DNA from: Antedon mediterranea
Lineage: Eukaryota; Animalia; Echinodermata
DNA length: 64,000 nt
Assembly: GCF_964355755.1 (NCBI RefSeq)
Contig: NC_092670.1
Span: forward strand, 18,710,795 to 18,774,794
Direction of reading: 5' to 3'
How positions within the stretch are numbered: the stretch's first letter is position 1; every line of letters begins with the position of its first letter. Positions 50,568-64,000 of the stretch are shown here, piece by piece. The position numbers were made by a program, and so were the translations under genes. A model generated the notes under the pieces. That model was not told the origin of the DNA, did not search any database, and saw only the letters and a program-made list of their open reading frames with translations.

Positions 50568-50860
50568 TAAGCAACGTGCAGCGCGCGTAACAAAGAAATA
50601 TACGCAGATACAGACCAAAGACGTGTAAATAAACTGAGCCGTTTCTTTTGGTAGAAAGCATTTCGTCAATGTTGTTTTTAAGAGCAGTTTTCTGCGTTTA
50701 ATATAACAAAAAAGACTTTAAGCGAATGTCTCTACTAAGTTCAAATGTTTACAGTAGTATCAGCAATACAAAATATATAGTCTTAAATCAAATAAGACAA
50801 TCTATTACTCTTTTACTTTTGTGATATGTTTGCATAGTGGATTAGCACTATTACCTATTA

Positions 50861-50996
50861 AGCTCTGTCTACACTATCAAACTAGTTTATGAGTGCCCAA
50901 ATATGGTAGTGATATGCCCAAATATTTATGGTATTGATATTATCTCATCATATATATTTTTTGTCACATAAATTTGAGAGTAGTGTAGACAGAGCT
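50861..50996. mobile_element. Harbinger-like MITE, family B
   Basis: Perfect TIR AGCTCTGTCTACACTA / TAGTGTAGACAGAGCT. Confidence 0.8.
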
Positions 50997-51113
50997 ACAG
51001 AAAAAGTTTACTTTTAAGGTGTTCTTTACAGCATTTTAGCTAATCTATAAGTAAGTTTAAAATTGTCTATATATCAAATTATTATCGAAAAAGAAAAAGA
51101 AAATTGTTAACAT

Positions 51114-54100
51114 TTATACATTTATAATATTGAATATATGTCGTGATCTTTGTCGTCTTGATTGGTTTTTGCTAAGTTTTGCAAGGATATCCTCAATAAA
51201 CGGGCAATCGCAGCAATCTGAAAAAACATTATGAGGAAATTAATATTGTTGGATCCGAAATTAATTAATGAAAAATTATGAAGACCGCCAAACGGTATCG
51301 GTATCAGTGTCGTTTGATCCATCACTAATATTAGAATTAAAAACAACACCACAATAAACAACTATACCATACTATACTATAATACTATACTATAAAATCG
51401 ATTATTAATTTGTTTGTGTGTGATACTGCATCAGTTAATAATCAACGGAGATGAGTTTTCAGGAAAAAAATGATTTTGATATATTTAAAGATGTATTGTC
51501 CACCAAAAACATAAAAAATGAAGATTAATTAAAGACGACTTTGTATAGGTTATTTTGTAAATTAAATTAATCACTTTTGTAAAAAAAAGGAAAAAAAATG
51601 TTTTCACTTATAAAATGACAAAATAAATAGTTAAATTCAATCAAAAACCCACATGGCTGGCAGCCAATATTTTTTGGCTTTTAAATTACAGTTTCTTCAG
51701 GTAAATATATTACAATAACATTATCTAATAAAATATGAATTTGTGTAATTTTACTAGATAGCTTTTATTGAACCAAAATATCATTAGCAAAAAATCAACA
51801 TCTTTTTCTGGCATGTAACATCTCATAACTATAAGCTATCAAAATATTGTTCTCATATATTCTCAATAAAATAAATATAATATTTATTGAGTTACGAATA
51901 ATAATAGGTTTGAGATATGAAATGATGGCCATTTTGGACGCAGTAAATTTGCAACGGTACACCTGAATTATTTTTCTTAAGGGTGTAGGCTAACAAAAAC
52001 AACTTGGTGTGCCAAGGTGTGTAGAGAGGTGGCAATGGGCGTTCTCTAAACAAGTACTTGGATCTCCTTTTATAACTATTTGTGCATATTTTATGCTAGC
52101 TCACAAAGACTTTTCTATAGGCAAACAACATCAGTTTCATTTAAGCACTGCTTAATCTTGACTTAAGAAAACAGAAAAACTGCTGGTATAAGCATGAAAT
52201 TACTTAGGGGTTCAAGAATAAATACATTAGTACGTGTTCCTTTCTTTTAAAAATTATATTGTAAACCTGAAAAAATTAATTTTTTCTAATTTTTGTTGTT
52301 GTATATGCCATTTTAAATTTCCATAATAGTTATTCACTTTGACCAAAAATTGGATTTGAAAAAATTATTTACCTGAAAAACTGTAATTTAAAGCACAAAA
52401 TAGTCAAATTTGCCGCAAGCCAATGAGTTTTTGTTTGAAATTATTAACTGTTTGTTTTGTCTTTTTGTAAGTGAAAACTTTTTTTATCCTGCAGAAATTA
52501 TTAACTTTATTAAAACTACAAATAGCATATTCAAAATCAGATTTTATAAATCTTCATTTTTCATGTTTTTGGGAAACAATACATTTTAAAGTAAAGTTTG
52601 CTTTTACCTCGCCTGAGATTTTATCTTTCTCTCTTTTATTCTCTGTCGCGACATACATTTCTTTCCTTTTTGTAGCTGTTTTTTCACTACTAAGAATTTT
52701 AATACATTCCGAACGGCAAAATTTTTTGCTGTACTTCCTTAACTTACATTCTCTAAAGCAATGTTGTCCTGAAGTGACTGGTGAAAAAAGAAACAAATTT
52801 AATTATACATTCATTATTAGGCTTTAACTTTATATAAAACTTATTTTAACGTATTTAAAAAATAGTAAGTAATTACAAAAAATAAAGATTCATTGTTTAT
52901 AATATAAGATCACATTCATATATAAATAAATCACTACAAAACGACGAACAAAACATAGACGGGAAAACATTCTGAAATTAAGATTTCAAAAATATGAAAA
53001 GAAAAAAATAATGTACCAAAATTAATAACAGCAACAAGACTGAGCATGGAGGAAAGTATCCTTATAATATTCATATACAGGTTGTTGTAACAACAGGTGA
53101 ATATTATAAAAACACACAACGAAATTCTGCTTTGCAATATTATGTCTTTTCGACGAATAAGCAAAGAACAAGTAGAACTATCATCATTTGTCACGCATAT
53201 TTTCTGATTTTAATTATAATCTGTTAAGACGTTTGACGATTAATTAATATTTACTATAGCCATAAATAACAACAATTCACGTACAGTACATAAAGCTTTC
53301 AAGAAAGCCATGCAGTCTAAATAGGACGCCGTGGAATTACAACAGTATAGCATTTGCCATTAAACAAAAGGTATATAAGCATTAAATAGTCCCTTGGAAA
53401 TTTTCAACCAGAATTTTATCTGAATTAAATGAAAAACATTACATACATAAAGTGGTATAATGGTAGGATATCTAACATACAAAGTAGAAGATTCCGAGTT
53501 CGATTCTCGCTTTAGTTAATGTAACGCTTGGCGCTCGTTTAATAACTAAGAGTCATGTTCAGTATTATTATTATTTTTAAAATAAAATGTTAACATTTCT
53601 TATACACATAAAAATACAAATATTACAAAAGAGTTATTAACTAAATCCACTCATGTCCCCCATTTCCGTTATTTGGCTCGGGCGGGCAATCAAACAACTC
53701 TAAAGAATTGACCATGAGAAGCGCCAACGTAACGTTTATGAATGATTAAAATGATTTAAAAAATGCTTGAATAACATCATTATTTTCAATATCAATTTTC
53801 TGTACCGTATTATAGAGAATATGGTCAAATAATATATACAATATTATAACAATCTTTCATCTCATGAAATTATTTTTACCATCTGCACTCGTAAACATTG
53901 CGTACTAGTTAAACACACATATAATGTTGTTATAGCCTATATTCAGAATTATTTACCATGATCTTGTCAAATTCATCGTAAATAATGTGTCGAAGTTATA
54001 GAAGCCATGCTTACGCTCGACATGCGACCATGCAATATAAACACAAAAACAAACAATAATGATGTATTCGTACTAAAACTTGAAAAACGCTGTAGAATAT

Positions 54101-54522
54101 CACAAGCAATTTGCCCCTTTGGGCCACTATTTGTAATAGATTTTTGATAGAATAAATAAAGTGAATAATAATTTTTAACAATAGAATAATTCGACAAAAC
54201 TGATTATCAGATCAGTGGTAATATACAATCTACTATTTTACACATTTAATTAATTTATACATTTATTAAATTCTTATAGCTTCTTACAGTTTGTCATGTG
54301 AACAGTTATTGATTATATACAAATGCAAAGTTCAACCTTACTAATTGATTAACAGATTCTAAACTATCTATTTCGACATCAATGTTATTCCAAAGACTTT
54401 TCTTTTTCACGAGTTCTTAATAAAATTAGAAACAGTTTCCTAACGAAATAAAATCACTCACCCTGACAGCATGCTAACAGAAAAATTAGCAACAGACAAA
54501 TAACAAAAGCAGACGCCATCAT
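51114..54522 (-). CDS. Novel small secreted Cys-rich peptide precursor (64 aa, 3 exons)
   Basis: Minus-strand exons 54522-54462 (MMASAFVICLLLIFLLACCQ, donor G|gtgagt), 52777-52748 (30 nt, tttcttttttcaccag| ... |gtaagt) and 51217-51114 (ttttttcag| ... TAA), all phase 1. Product MMASAFVICLLLIFLLACCQVTSGQHCFREYCCDCPFIEDILAKLSKNQSRRQRSRHIFNIINV*. TATA-like TTTATAA lies about 65 nt upstream of the ATG; minus-strand AATAAA near 50100-50230. Confidence 0.65.
51489..52585. mobile_element. Kolobok-type MITE with long degenerate inverted arms
   Basis: TTAA-agatgtattgtc ... aacaatacatt-TTAA; about 230 bp of each end align in inverted orientation (e.g. ttaaattacagttt.ttcaggtaaa / tttacctgaaaaactgtaatttaa). 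Confidence 0.75.
53445..53516 (+). pseudogene. Degenerate tRNA-like sequence or SINE head
   Basis: A box TGGTATAATGG, B box GAGTTCGATTC, partial acceptor and T stems, broken anticodon arm. Confidence 0.45.
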
Positions 54523-56254
54523 TTAGAGATTTTAAGGAAATGCGATAAGTTAAAAAGCTACCGTCCAAAACATCCACCACCAACGCTTATAAAACGAGCA
54601 AATGGAGCATGCGCACCTCTCTGCCTAGTAACCAGTTTGTAAGATAATAAATATATCATATGTAATTTGAAGTAGAGAAATAATATTAAGATAGGTCATA
54701 GATACTTTATTGACTAACTTTAATAATATATTACAAAGCTTTCTGCAAAAGACTATACCGGCTTTGTGGTACGCTCAATGCCATATCAATCAAAGTTGTG
54801 TATTGTGGTTTTTGTTTGGACAGCCGATACATTAATTTTATAAAGATTAACATTTAATTTATATCGTACACTTTCTCTATTAGACTTTTAATAATTGCAT
54901 TGCGCAAGGTTCGTGCGTGCCTTTAATTTCCAATAGATTTCTGATTTCATAACAAAAATTGCTGTTATGAAAAGTGCGCGACTGTTATTATATTGTTTGA
55001 AGGTTTGCATGGCGAAATCAGATGTTGATATAAAGTTTGCGGTAGGCCTACACCACGTATATTAGTTCTGAAAAGACCTTTTGACTGTTATTAATTATTT
55101 TCATTCACAAAATTCACGCGTTTATTATTCGGAATGTACCTATAATACACCCACTGCATTGCAGTATGTCAGCCAATACACGCACGTAGTAGGCCTAGTG
55201 TTTTTGATATTGCACCTCGGTGCTACCGAGATTCGACAGCGATGCTCATGAAACAAAACAAAACAAAATTTCGCTTAAATATTGCCAAATATGAGGTGGC
55301 AAGGTCAATTTGAATGAAGTACTCAAAACCTTGAACATGTTGATTATTAAAATCAGACAATGTACATTTTTATGTTATTTGTATTGATGAAACCCTATAA
55401 ACGTAATTTCTATTGAATTTTGTTACCATTGTCGACATGAACACGATTTACAATTAAATCATTATTCAGCGTGTTTTTTTACATCCACTTCGTAACGTGG
55501 TGAAGCCGTATGAATAGGATAAGAAATAAAATACAAAGCAGGTTGAATATATTTCTTCTGTCGTCGTTAGATTAACAACATACAGGTCTGTAATAAATAT
55601 TGCAAAATGATCAGAAAAAATATCCGACTTGGAACGTTTTATGTAGGCCTATGCCTACTATATGGACAAAAAGTATCTTGAATTACATCGAGTGTCCAAC
55701 TACATCGAAATCAATGCGTCATTGATTTCGCAATAAATATTTTAGGCCTACACATTTTGTCCAATTGTGGGTAAGCGCGCCTACATCTGCTCATAAACTT
55801 CATATAAAATAATTATTAATTGTTGTCACCCGTGTGCTTATAAGTATATTTTCAATACCTCAATTTAAAAAAAAAATGTGTTTATTTCGAATCTAGTCAA
55901 GATTGCACGAAAACAAAATGAAAAGTTAAAAACTCGACCCAATTATTTTGGTAATTCTAGACAGTTTTCCTTAGGTGTCTTAAGTGCTATAATCACGTCA
56001 ATTTTCAGTATTAAAATTGAATCTGTATTACGTTTATACCATAACCGACATGTTGTAAAGTAAAACTTCAGGATTAGACACATACCGAAAGCAACATAGT
56101 ATATCTTTCTAGAGGGGATACAAGACTGAATACCAGGCCCACTTATAACCTTCTGCGCATGTCCATACCTATGCCTGACGTCACGGTATAAGAACATAAA
56201 CTAAAATTATGAAACAAATGAAAAAATGTAATCTAACGATGACTTGCTTATTTA

Positions 56255-56620
56255 CTTGGTTACCTACTAGCGACGCAACGTAACGCAACCTACGCAACGT
56301 AAGAAAATGCCATTTCAATCACTGTGTTTGCCCCCGCCTGCGTAGGAAGCGATTTTTGCAGAACTGTTGGGTCGTCGGGGCCCACTTGTAATTACGCAAT
56401 ACATCACTAGCTTTTCGTCAATACGTCGCTGCGTAAAGCTTGGTTCCCACTAGAATGTAACGCAAGGACGTAAACGCAACGCAAGCGTTTTAACCAATCA
56501 CAAGCGATGGCTTATTCGCTTGTGATTGCTAACTGTCTATACTGGACAGGTACGTACGTTGACGCAACGCAAGCGAGTTGACCAATGACAAGCGACTGTT
56601 GTCTCTTTTGGAAACCAATG
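56255..56620. mobile_element. Nested/abutting Harbinger-like MITE pieces, family A
   Basis: cttggtt.c..actag termini at 56255 and 56438; (acgca)n-type repeats; accaat.acaagcga motifs. Confidence 0.65.
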
Positions 56621-56639
56621 AGCCTCGAGAAGAAAGCCT

Positions 56640-56765
<126 letters not shown>

Positions 56766-59175
56766 CATACTGTAAATTATAGAAACAGTGCTCATATTCG
56801 GAACATATATATATATATAATATATATGAGTATTACTAACACTTGCACTGATGAATGTGTTGCCCCAAAGTTCTGCTAATTTTTCTGGCTCTTTACATTA
56901 TCGTTTTGATTTAACATTTTGCTTTTTTATTTTGTATCTCCATTGACTTCCAGCCATACCCGTTTTTCAGTTTCTTTTCGAATTATAATAGTAGTCCTAC
57001 TGTTATAAACACTCTAGAATTATACATTCTAGTCTGGACCTTTTTACATACTTCTAGAATGGAATTTTATGTTTTTCTGTAATGAATTGATATCCACTTT
57101 TGAAAGTGTTAGGTAAAAGACAGATATTAGTAGCCTAATGTGTATAATGGTTGGTTGGCGCCCTCTCTTTCGAGTGGTTGTAATACTTTTTATATCAGAA
57201 TACGTATAACCACCATTAGCGAAATATACAAAAGTCGAATGATGCCGATATGTCGAATGTGAAGGAGGACCTCATCAGCCGAATTCGAGATGATACTATA
57301 CAAGTTTTTATTTAGACAAAATAACGACTATAAATGTATCTAGTGTATATAAATGTATCTGCATAAAATGGAGGTATAAAATAAGTACGGTGTTTTATAC
57401 CTCCTCCATGGTAATACACAGCGTTACACACATGTCACATGTGGTATCAATAAACAACCATACCAATATCATAATGATACGTGTGTAGATATAGTTCCAA
57501 GAAACGGGTGTGAGTGTGATAAACATATTCGAGTACACGCGGGCCACAGTGCGGTGTTCGATATATTAAAGTTTAATAACAATTTTGATAGATAATTCAT
57601 TAGATTTATAGGCCCATTCATAATTTGTTATTGAATTTTATAGATGATTATAAATACCAGATATATATTATATAAATAGAGATTCGTTTTAGAATATTTA
57701 CATAGAGCTCAATCACGTCTTTTCATCCACTTGAATACTCTGAAACAAAATATTTGCCCTTTGATTGAAAATAATTAAAACATTTCATAGAAATTCTGAT
57801 TGATTATCAAATTCGCTTACGAATATATGTTATTTGATCTGAGTGGTATATTTACGTTACCGGTGGAATTTTCTGCCTAATACTATTTACAATATTTTAT
57901 TTTTATTAATAAAGTGTACGGAATGTAATTTAGTTAGAAATACATCACGATGCGTTCAAATAGACCAGCAATTCGAAATTAATAGTGACGTCCTACGCCG
58001 GAAGAAAACACGTATGTGAATGATTGTTTATTAAAAATCATGTAAGAAGAAAAAGTCGTCAATAAATGATTGCCGTAGTAAACTTCAAGTGATATACCAA
58101 TTAAGAATAAACCACAATTAGTTTGAACCAATAATACATTAATGAATATTATAACCACAACCTTCTTATACAATTTAAATATTAACATAGGCCACAAACT
58201 GTCTTTCCTTGTTTGATATGTCAATTTCACTCTAAACTATTTATTTTGTCAGTGTTGGCGCACCATATCACAAACTATTTTGAATTTATTTGCGTGGTGC
58301 GTGGTGTGAAGAACCGGCATTGTTTCTGCTTTTTTTCTATTTATTTAATATAATTTCATTAGTATTGTAAAGGGGTGCTGGGGGCGGAGGAGCCGGCGGG
58401 GGATTATTCGTTTTGCTCACGTCCGTTAGGCCCACTAACTATGCTAATCGAACCTGGATGATAAGCTACCGTAAAATCTCGAAAAGATTGTTGATTGTTG
58501 AGATAATTAAAAAAGTATTGATACCGTACGATGCCACTATCTTACATTTCTATTCCTTTGACATTAAAAAATCAGTCCATCTAAAAAATAAGTCCATCTC
58601 GAAAAGAACCTACGTTTTACGATATTAAAATAACTTAGCATCGTAATCACGAGACATAATTACTGTTAACTTTATATTTCCGTTCATATTTATATTATTG
58701 ATATAGTCAATATACCGGTGACGATCGATCAATAACTACTAGACCTACAACGCACACAGCCATATCCCCCAACAATTATATTCCGGCAAACAATACCTTT
58801 AGTGTTCAAATAGTCATGCTTTTTATAAAAGAAAAAAAGACCATAACAACCACTTTATTAATTAGTATAGGTAATGAGTTATGTTACAAAGAACAACGAA
58901 ATATAATTACTATTTGTACAACGACGCATGTGTCTCGTTTCCCGCCTCCTCGCCAAAGTGAAATCTCTCAAGCACTAAAATAAAATAAAAACCGGCGCAT
59001 CCGGCGCTACACGGAACGTTGATTGGATAAAATAGCATTAAAAGTTCTGATCAAACAATTGAGTTAATATATGTTTTGATATAAGAGAAGTCAACGATAT
59101 ATTCGATGCACTTGCTGAGTACGGTAGTAACTCAGATATTTTTCTTTCGTGGATATCGTGTAATTTTCTTGTGAG

Positions 59176-62100
59176 ATGTTTAAAGATTTATACATAGTCG
59201 TTGCCTTATTCGCTATCTTACCGTTAATAGCAATAGCAGAATCAAAATCAAGTAAGTTATTACTTAAGTTATTACTTACTTTATTCAAAGTTTTTACATA
59301 AGCTGCTAGGGGCCTATTAATTTACGATGCACGCCGAGCGCACAAACGCGTAATAGTTGGTCTAATGGAAACGGGACCTTGAATTTAATTTATTACGATT
59401 TGTTCAAAGCTCCCATTCAGTTATCTATTGAAAGTATAGTTGTATGTACATCTCTGAGGATGGAAGACCTGGTTGTCACGCAAGTGCGAATGAGGGACAC
59501 AGTATCAACATATTTTGTAGGCTCCTATTTTAAAAGTGTAGGCCCACCCTAGGATATGCCTAAAGTCATCTTTGGAATTATGTATTTGCTATTCTATACA
59601 CTAGATCTATATAAATCAATTGGCTGGGATAAGCTCAAAGCTTTTAACACAAGTTACATGATCCATGCAGCATTATATTACGATACGAGTAAAGTATCAC
59701 TATTTTGTAGAAATCATAACGGATAATGATGGACAATTACCAAATGGTTGAGTAAAATATAAGTAGATATTCTATAGGGTATCTTCTACCAGGATACAAT
59801 AACCACATATTTGTGGTTATTGTTTTAGAGTGGGTTGAGTCCCTTAGTGAAGAAAACAGAACAGGAGGCACACTGAACCAATAAATTACACAATTTTGGG
59901 AATACACAATTATCACAATTTTATTTGTAATTTAAAATTTCATAAAAATATAGGAATAAATGTCTTATTATCTTTTAATAATAGAAATTAATAAAGGCAT
60001 AATGCTTTATTCACCGAACTGTTTACGATCGAACGTCTACCTCACGGTGGTCGGGTTGCCGAACATTACCGAGTCTGGAGAAAAATTATGAAAAATGGGT
60101 ATAGTGTAGTAGAATAGAATCCGGCCTCCTCTGTCTGACCGTAGCTTTACTTTATGGTGACATTATACACTGAACTGACATAGGCCTAATTAACCTTTAG
60201 TATAAACACATGATTGTGTACATAACTTGCTACCTGCCATATTATATTAAAATCAATATAATTTATAATAGACGGTCATAAACACGGCTTATATTGTTGT
60301 TCATTTCTAGGAAAAAAGATGTATGCCAACATTGTCTAATAAGTAAAAAATATTCTTACATTTTGTCTGTAAAGTATAAAATCAATATAATAATATCTAT
60401 GTAATAAAATATAATAAATAAACCAAATATAAATATGTAAATTTAGGCTATCGATATTTATTTTCTCTCTTTTAATTTTAACACCACCTTGAATATGAAA
60501 GATACAAAATAAAAATATCTAACAAATAAAATACTAAATGCACAAATTATGCCTAATTATGTAAATAAGCTGTCAACAAACAGCCAATTTTCAACAAAAT
60601 TTTCACCAAAAGTGTGAAATAATTATTCAAATCGAAGCAAAAAATACTGAAAAAAAACCCCAATGCTGCGACAAAATAATAAATACATAATCTCATAAAA
60701 ATGTAAAACTTTAAAAGACTCTAAAAATACAGTAATACAGAAAAAATGTAAATTGAGGCAATTAAGGAGTTTGTTTGAAGTTCCGAATTGCAATAACTTA
60801 CTGATAAAAGAACACTTATTAGCAAAACTGCCATCGGCCATAATCATCTTGGTAATTTATTGGAAAATAATTGTTGTGCAACGGTAGCCTTAAGCCTCAG
60901 GAATTTATCTATTATTTTGATATTATCTGTTAGCCATTATTGAAATTGACAGCGAGTTCAAGTGTGTTCACAAGTAATGTTTTGTAAAGTATATTATGTT
61001 GAGAAGAAATAGATTGAAAATTATTTATTAATTAAAGCATTTATTTTGTAACAAATTAGGATTTACCACCGACCACGAATGGGTCGACATCCTCATGTTA
61101 TGTCATTAAACATTATACATCTATTAAGTTAAAGTTTGTGGTGTTAATGAGGAGAATAATTATGGATAACAGGGAAATGGTACCATGAATGACATCCGGG
61201 GAATCTGGATATAATCCATGTGGCACAGGTACCTGAATATCTGGCATGGGTCGCGAGGACGAAGTGCACGGATAAAACGAATATGATGTCGTCATATATT
61301 ATATAAAGAAAGTGGGGGAGGGGAGGGTAATAAATGAATAGGCCTATGTGGATGCTCTCCCCAAACGAGAGAGGGATAAAGAGAAATTGCCCACTTTGGT
61401 CATAAGAATAACAAATTCTCTGTGCTTAAAGGAATAGAAAGACAACATGAAGGCAAGAGTTTGATGATAATCTGCTATTAATGATAAATGCCAAGTTATT
61501 TGGACTTCCTCATTAAATTGGAAATTTCGTAAGCTTATTACCTTTAGAATTGAAATTAATGTTTCTTAAAACAAGAACAGAATTCTAATGTGGTGTGTCC
61601 CAATTGACACGTGTCAACTGCGTGAAATGACGTAATTTGACATGAAAAGCCATTATTCAGCAAAACGAAAGAATCAATATCGTGAACTACATGCTATAGT
61701 GATGTGAAGACAATGAGACTCGTAGAGATTGATGAGGACTGACGGTCAAACCGACATCCCGTCATATAGTTTACATTCTATAGGTTATTTAAAGAAAAGC
61801 ATTGGTACAAAGACCGTTATTATTAGTAAGACGGACAATTAAAACCTTTCATTCATGTCGTACAATGTGATTCGTGATTGATCAGGACTTACGGACGAAC
61901 CGACAGTCACAATGTCATAGGCCTAATGCGTCCAGTTCTAACTGTGGTACAAATTAAAGTAAGCTTGTGATTTGTGAAGACATGTCAAATTTACCAAAAT
62001 AATCAATTGCTGTATTCTACTTAGGAGGAGAATTTTACATATTACTTATTCTGACTAAAATAAAACATTCTTTGTCTACATTTATGGTAAAGCCCCGCAT

Positions 62101-63527
62101 CTAAAAACCTCAATAAATTTAATGTTTAACTGAACTTTGTTAACTTTTGCGTTCCTTTCCATTTTTCAATTTACGAGGCGCCTATGTGCCTTCGTTGGAC
62201 ACATTGATGGAGCATGTAACCTAGAAATAAACTTGACGTTTCTTCTCAATAGGCTATTAATTCTACGAATTCACATTCTCAGCTCAGTTATCAGTTATGA
62301 CCCTGTTCGATCATATCAATCTAAATATTTCGCAGAATTCTTAAAAACTAAAGTGAAGTTGGTAAAGTAATAATAATATGAATGAATGAAACTATGATAT
62401 ATATCTCTTTCCCATTTACACGACTGCGATAGGTCTATTGTATACATATCTAACAAGGGAAGAACTGTTCTAATGATCGGAGCGTTAGAGTAAAATTTCA
62501 TAAAATTATGCATTCGTTTTAATATTTAGGAACAACAATTTGCCATATTTTTGGGTTTTTTTACTATTAAAATATGTTTAGCATAAGTTTGAGAGAACCA
62601 ACATACGTCATCTTTACTTTATAGGCCCTAGTAATAAATCCTTATTCTCTTTCAGCATGTCAACAAAATTGTGAAGCCAAATTTTCCTGTGCAAATGTAT
62701 GTTCAATGTACTGTGCATGCAGATCTCCGAGGTCGGTGGTTGCCGGTAGATATGGCGGCAAGTCGTTGACGTTGAAAAACGGTAGACAAATACCGTGTTC
62801 AGACATAAATGGAATGGTATATAGATGTAAACGAGTTACTAAACGGATTTATACTCCTGACGAAGATAGGAATTCATTTATTATGGAATCAGATGTAAGT
62901 GTATGATTTGAACGTTTTCGACAAATTGCAGAAGTCAAAATATTGACGACGATGATAGCACAAACCCGATTACAAAAACCAAAACAAAGTTATCAATGCC
63001 TTTAAACCGCGCGATATTGATGACGATGATAGTACAAACGGTATTGATTAGGTTTAAAAATAGGAAACTTTTTGTGATGACAGTAATATATTCTTTTCTT
63101 AATATGCCTAGGCCTACTCAATAGTTGTCAAACAAACATAGCTAGAAATTGAGACTGAAACACATACAATTGTCTAAAACTGGCAACAAGTGCAACTGAA
63201 AACAAAAGAACAACATCTAAAAAATCAAACTTAATAAAGACAATGTAACTCTTTACCTTTGAATCAATGAAATTTTGCCACATGAAATTGAAGTGATAAA
63301 ATACTACTAAATTTCAACTATATACTGGTTTCTGTATAACTTGTTTAACAATACAGAGGGCAAATACTGACACATGGGGACCTTAACCGGACACATAGGC
63401 CTATGGGTACAATTCTAAACGTTTTTTTTGTTGACAGGCTAGTTGGCAAGATTATGATTCAACTGACAACAAACTTAATGAAGAAATGCAATCAACAAGA
63501 ATGTCGTTAAAACAGATCATACGCCAG
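59176..63527 (+). CDS. Novel secreted Cys-rich precursor protein (3'-partial; at least 3 exons)
   Basis: Exon 59176-59251 MFKDLYIVVALFAILPLIAIAESKS (A|gtaagt, phase 1); exon 62656-62894 (ctctttcag| ... GAT|gtaagt) TCQQNCEAKFSCANVCSMYCACRSPR...IPCSDINGMVYRCKRVTKRIYTPDEDRNSFIMESD; exon 63438-63527 (ttttgttgacag| ... CAG|gtaaat) ASWQDYDSTDNKLNEEMQSTRMSLKQIIRQ. Phases are compatible; ATTGG (59022) and TATAAG (~59080) lie upstream. Confidence 0.72.
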
Positions 63528-63669
63528 GTAAATGAATACAAAATGCCCATATGGGCATTTTGCTTAAATGCCCATATTATGGACATGATGATGTCATATC
63601 ACTACCATAATTTAAGCATATCACCAGCATATTTGTAATCGGAGGAAAGAATACTTTTTACTCTAGACT

Positions 63670-63800
63670 AGCTCGTGTGCACTTTAAAGAACTTAGTACA
63701 TCTTTCAAGACGAGTAGGGGGTTACCCAGGTGTATTAATACATCTTAGCCACTGATCACCAACTGGGCCCTCTGGGAGATCAGTCTTTATACCCAGTATA
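63670..63800 (+). mobile_element. Deu-domain SINE fragment
   Basis: gtgcactttaaagaacttagtacatctttcaagacgagtagggggttacccaggtgt resembles the Deu core (..AAAGA.CCCA..CAC...GAGTAGGGG..CCCCGGTGT) as I recall it. Confidence 0.55.
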
Positions 63801-64000
63801 AATATATATTTCAATTTCAATTTCTAAGCTACGTAGGCCTATCCTATGAAGGTGTGACAGTGTACCAATTCCTTTTTGGTTTCTGCTATCCTAAATACGA
63901 AAATTCATTTTGCGTCCGATGAGGAAAGGACCACAACTTTCTCGCTATATCCTGTATAAAGCATTGAAAAAACATTAAATGATTAAAAGTTCGTCACTTA

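Noticed and set aside
51200-52777. Urotensin II (CFWKYC) or vasopressin-type identity for CFREYC
   Set aside because: Lacks the WK core and the C-terminal position of urotensin II; lacks the PxG-GKR and neurophysin of vasopressin precursors
59711-59746. Possible 36-nt phase 1-1 micro-exon (KIITDNDGQLPN) of the plus-strand secreted gene
   Set aside because: Acceptor and frame fit, but the donor (G|gttgag) is weak; left out of the model pending RNA data
62941-63045. Duplicated acidic-looking IDDDDSTN sequence
   Set aside because: The two copies are in different frames from each other and from the exon; treated as an intronic local duplication

Overview
AT-rich, intron-containing animal genomic DNA, probably a marine invertebrate deuterostome such as an echinoderm (inference from a Deu-type SINE fragment and abundant TAGGCCTA motifs); no prokaryotic features. 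(1) 792-36316 (+): the 3' part of an MPRIP/TRIOBP/outspread-family gene. I reconstructed 17 frame-consistent coding exons (about 2,695 aa) covering two PH domains, a 4,605-nt giant coiled-coil exon and the conserved C-terminal coil; the 5' end lies upstream of the window. (2) 42426-46017 (+): a complete 5-coding-exon ZDHHC4 palmitoyltransferase (368 aa). Its last intron holds a near-perfect 204-bp inverted repeat with two divergent chimeric tRNA-like genes, and a ~3-kb array of hairpin-forming tandem repeats follows the stop codon. (3) Two divergently oriented, spliced genes for Cys-rich secreted proteins, largely invisible in the ORF track: a 64-aa precursor on the minus strand (54522->51114) and a plus-strand precursor (59176->beyond 63527). 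(4) Many non-autonomous elements: a Tc1/pogo-type MITE, Kolobok-type TTAA MITEs, Harbinger-like MITEs, a Helentron-type element, 5S- and tRNA-derived SINEs, an RTE LINE tail, an 84-bp minisatellite and a (TA)n tract. All gene models were read by eye from splice signals and frame continuity, without transcript data.
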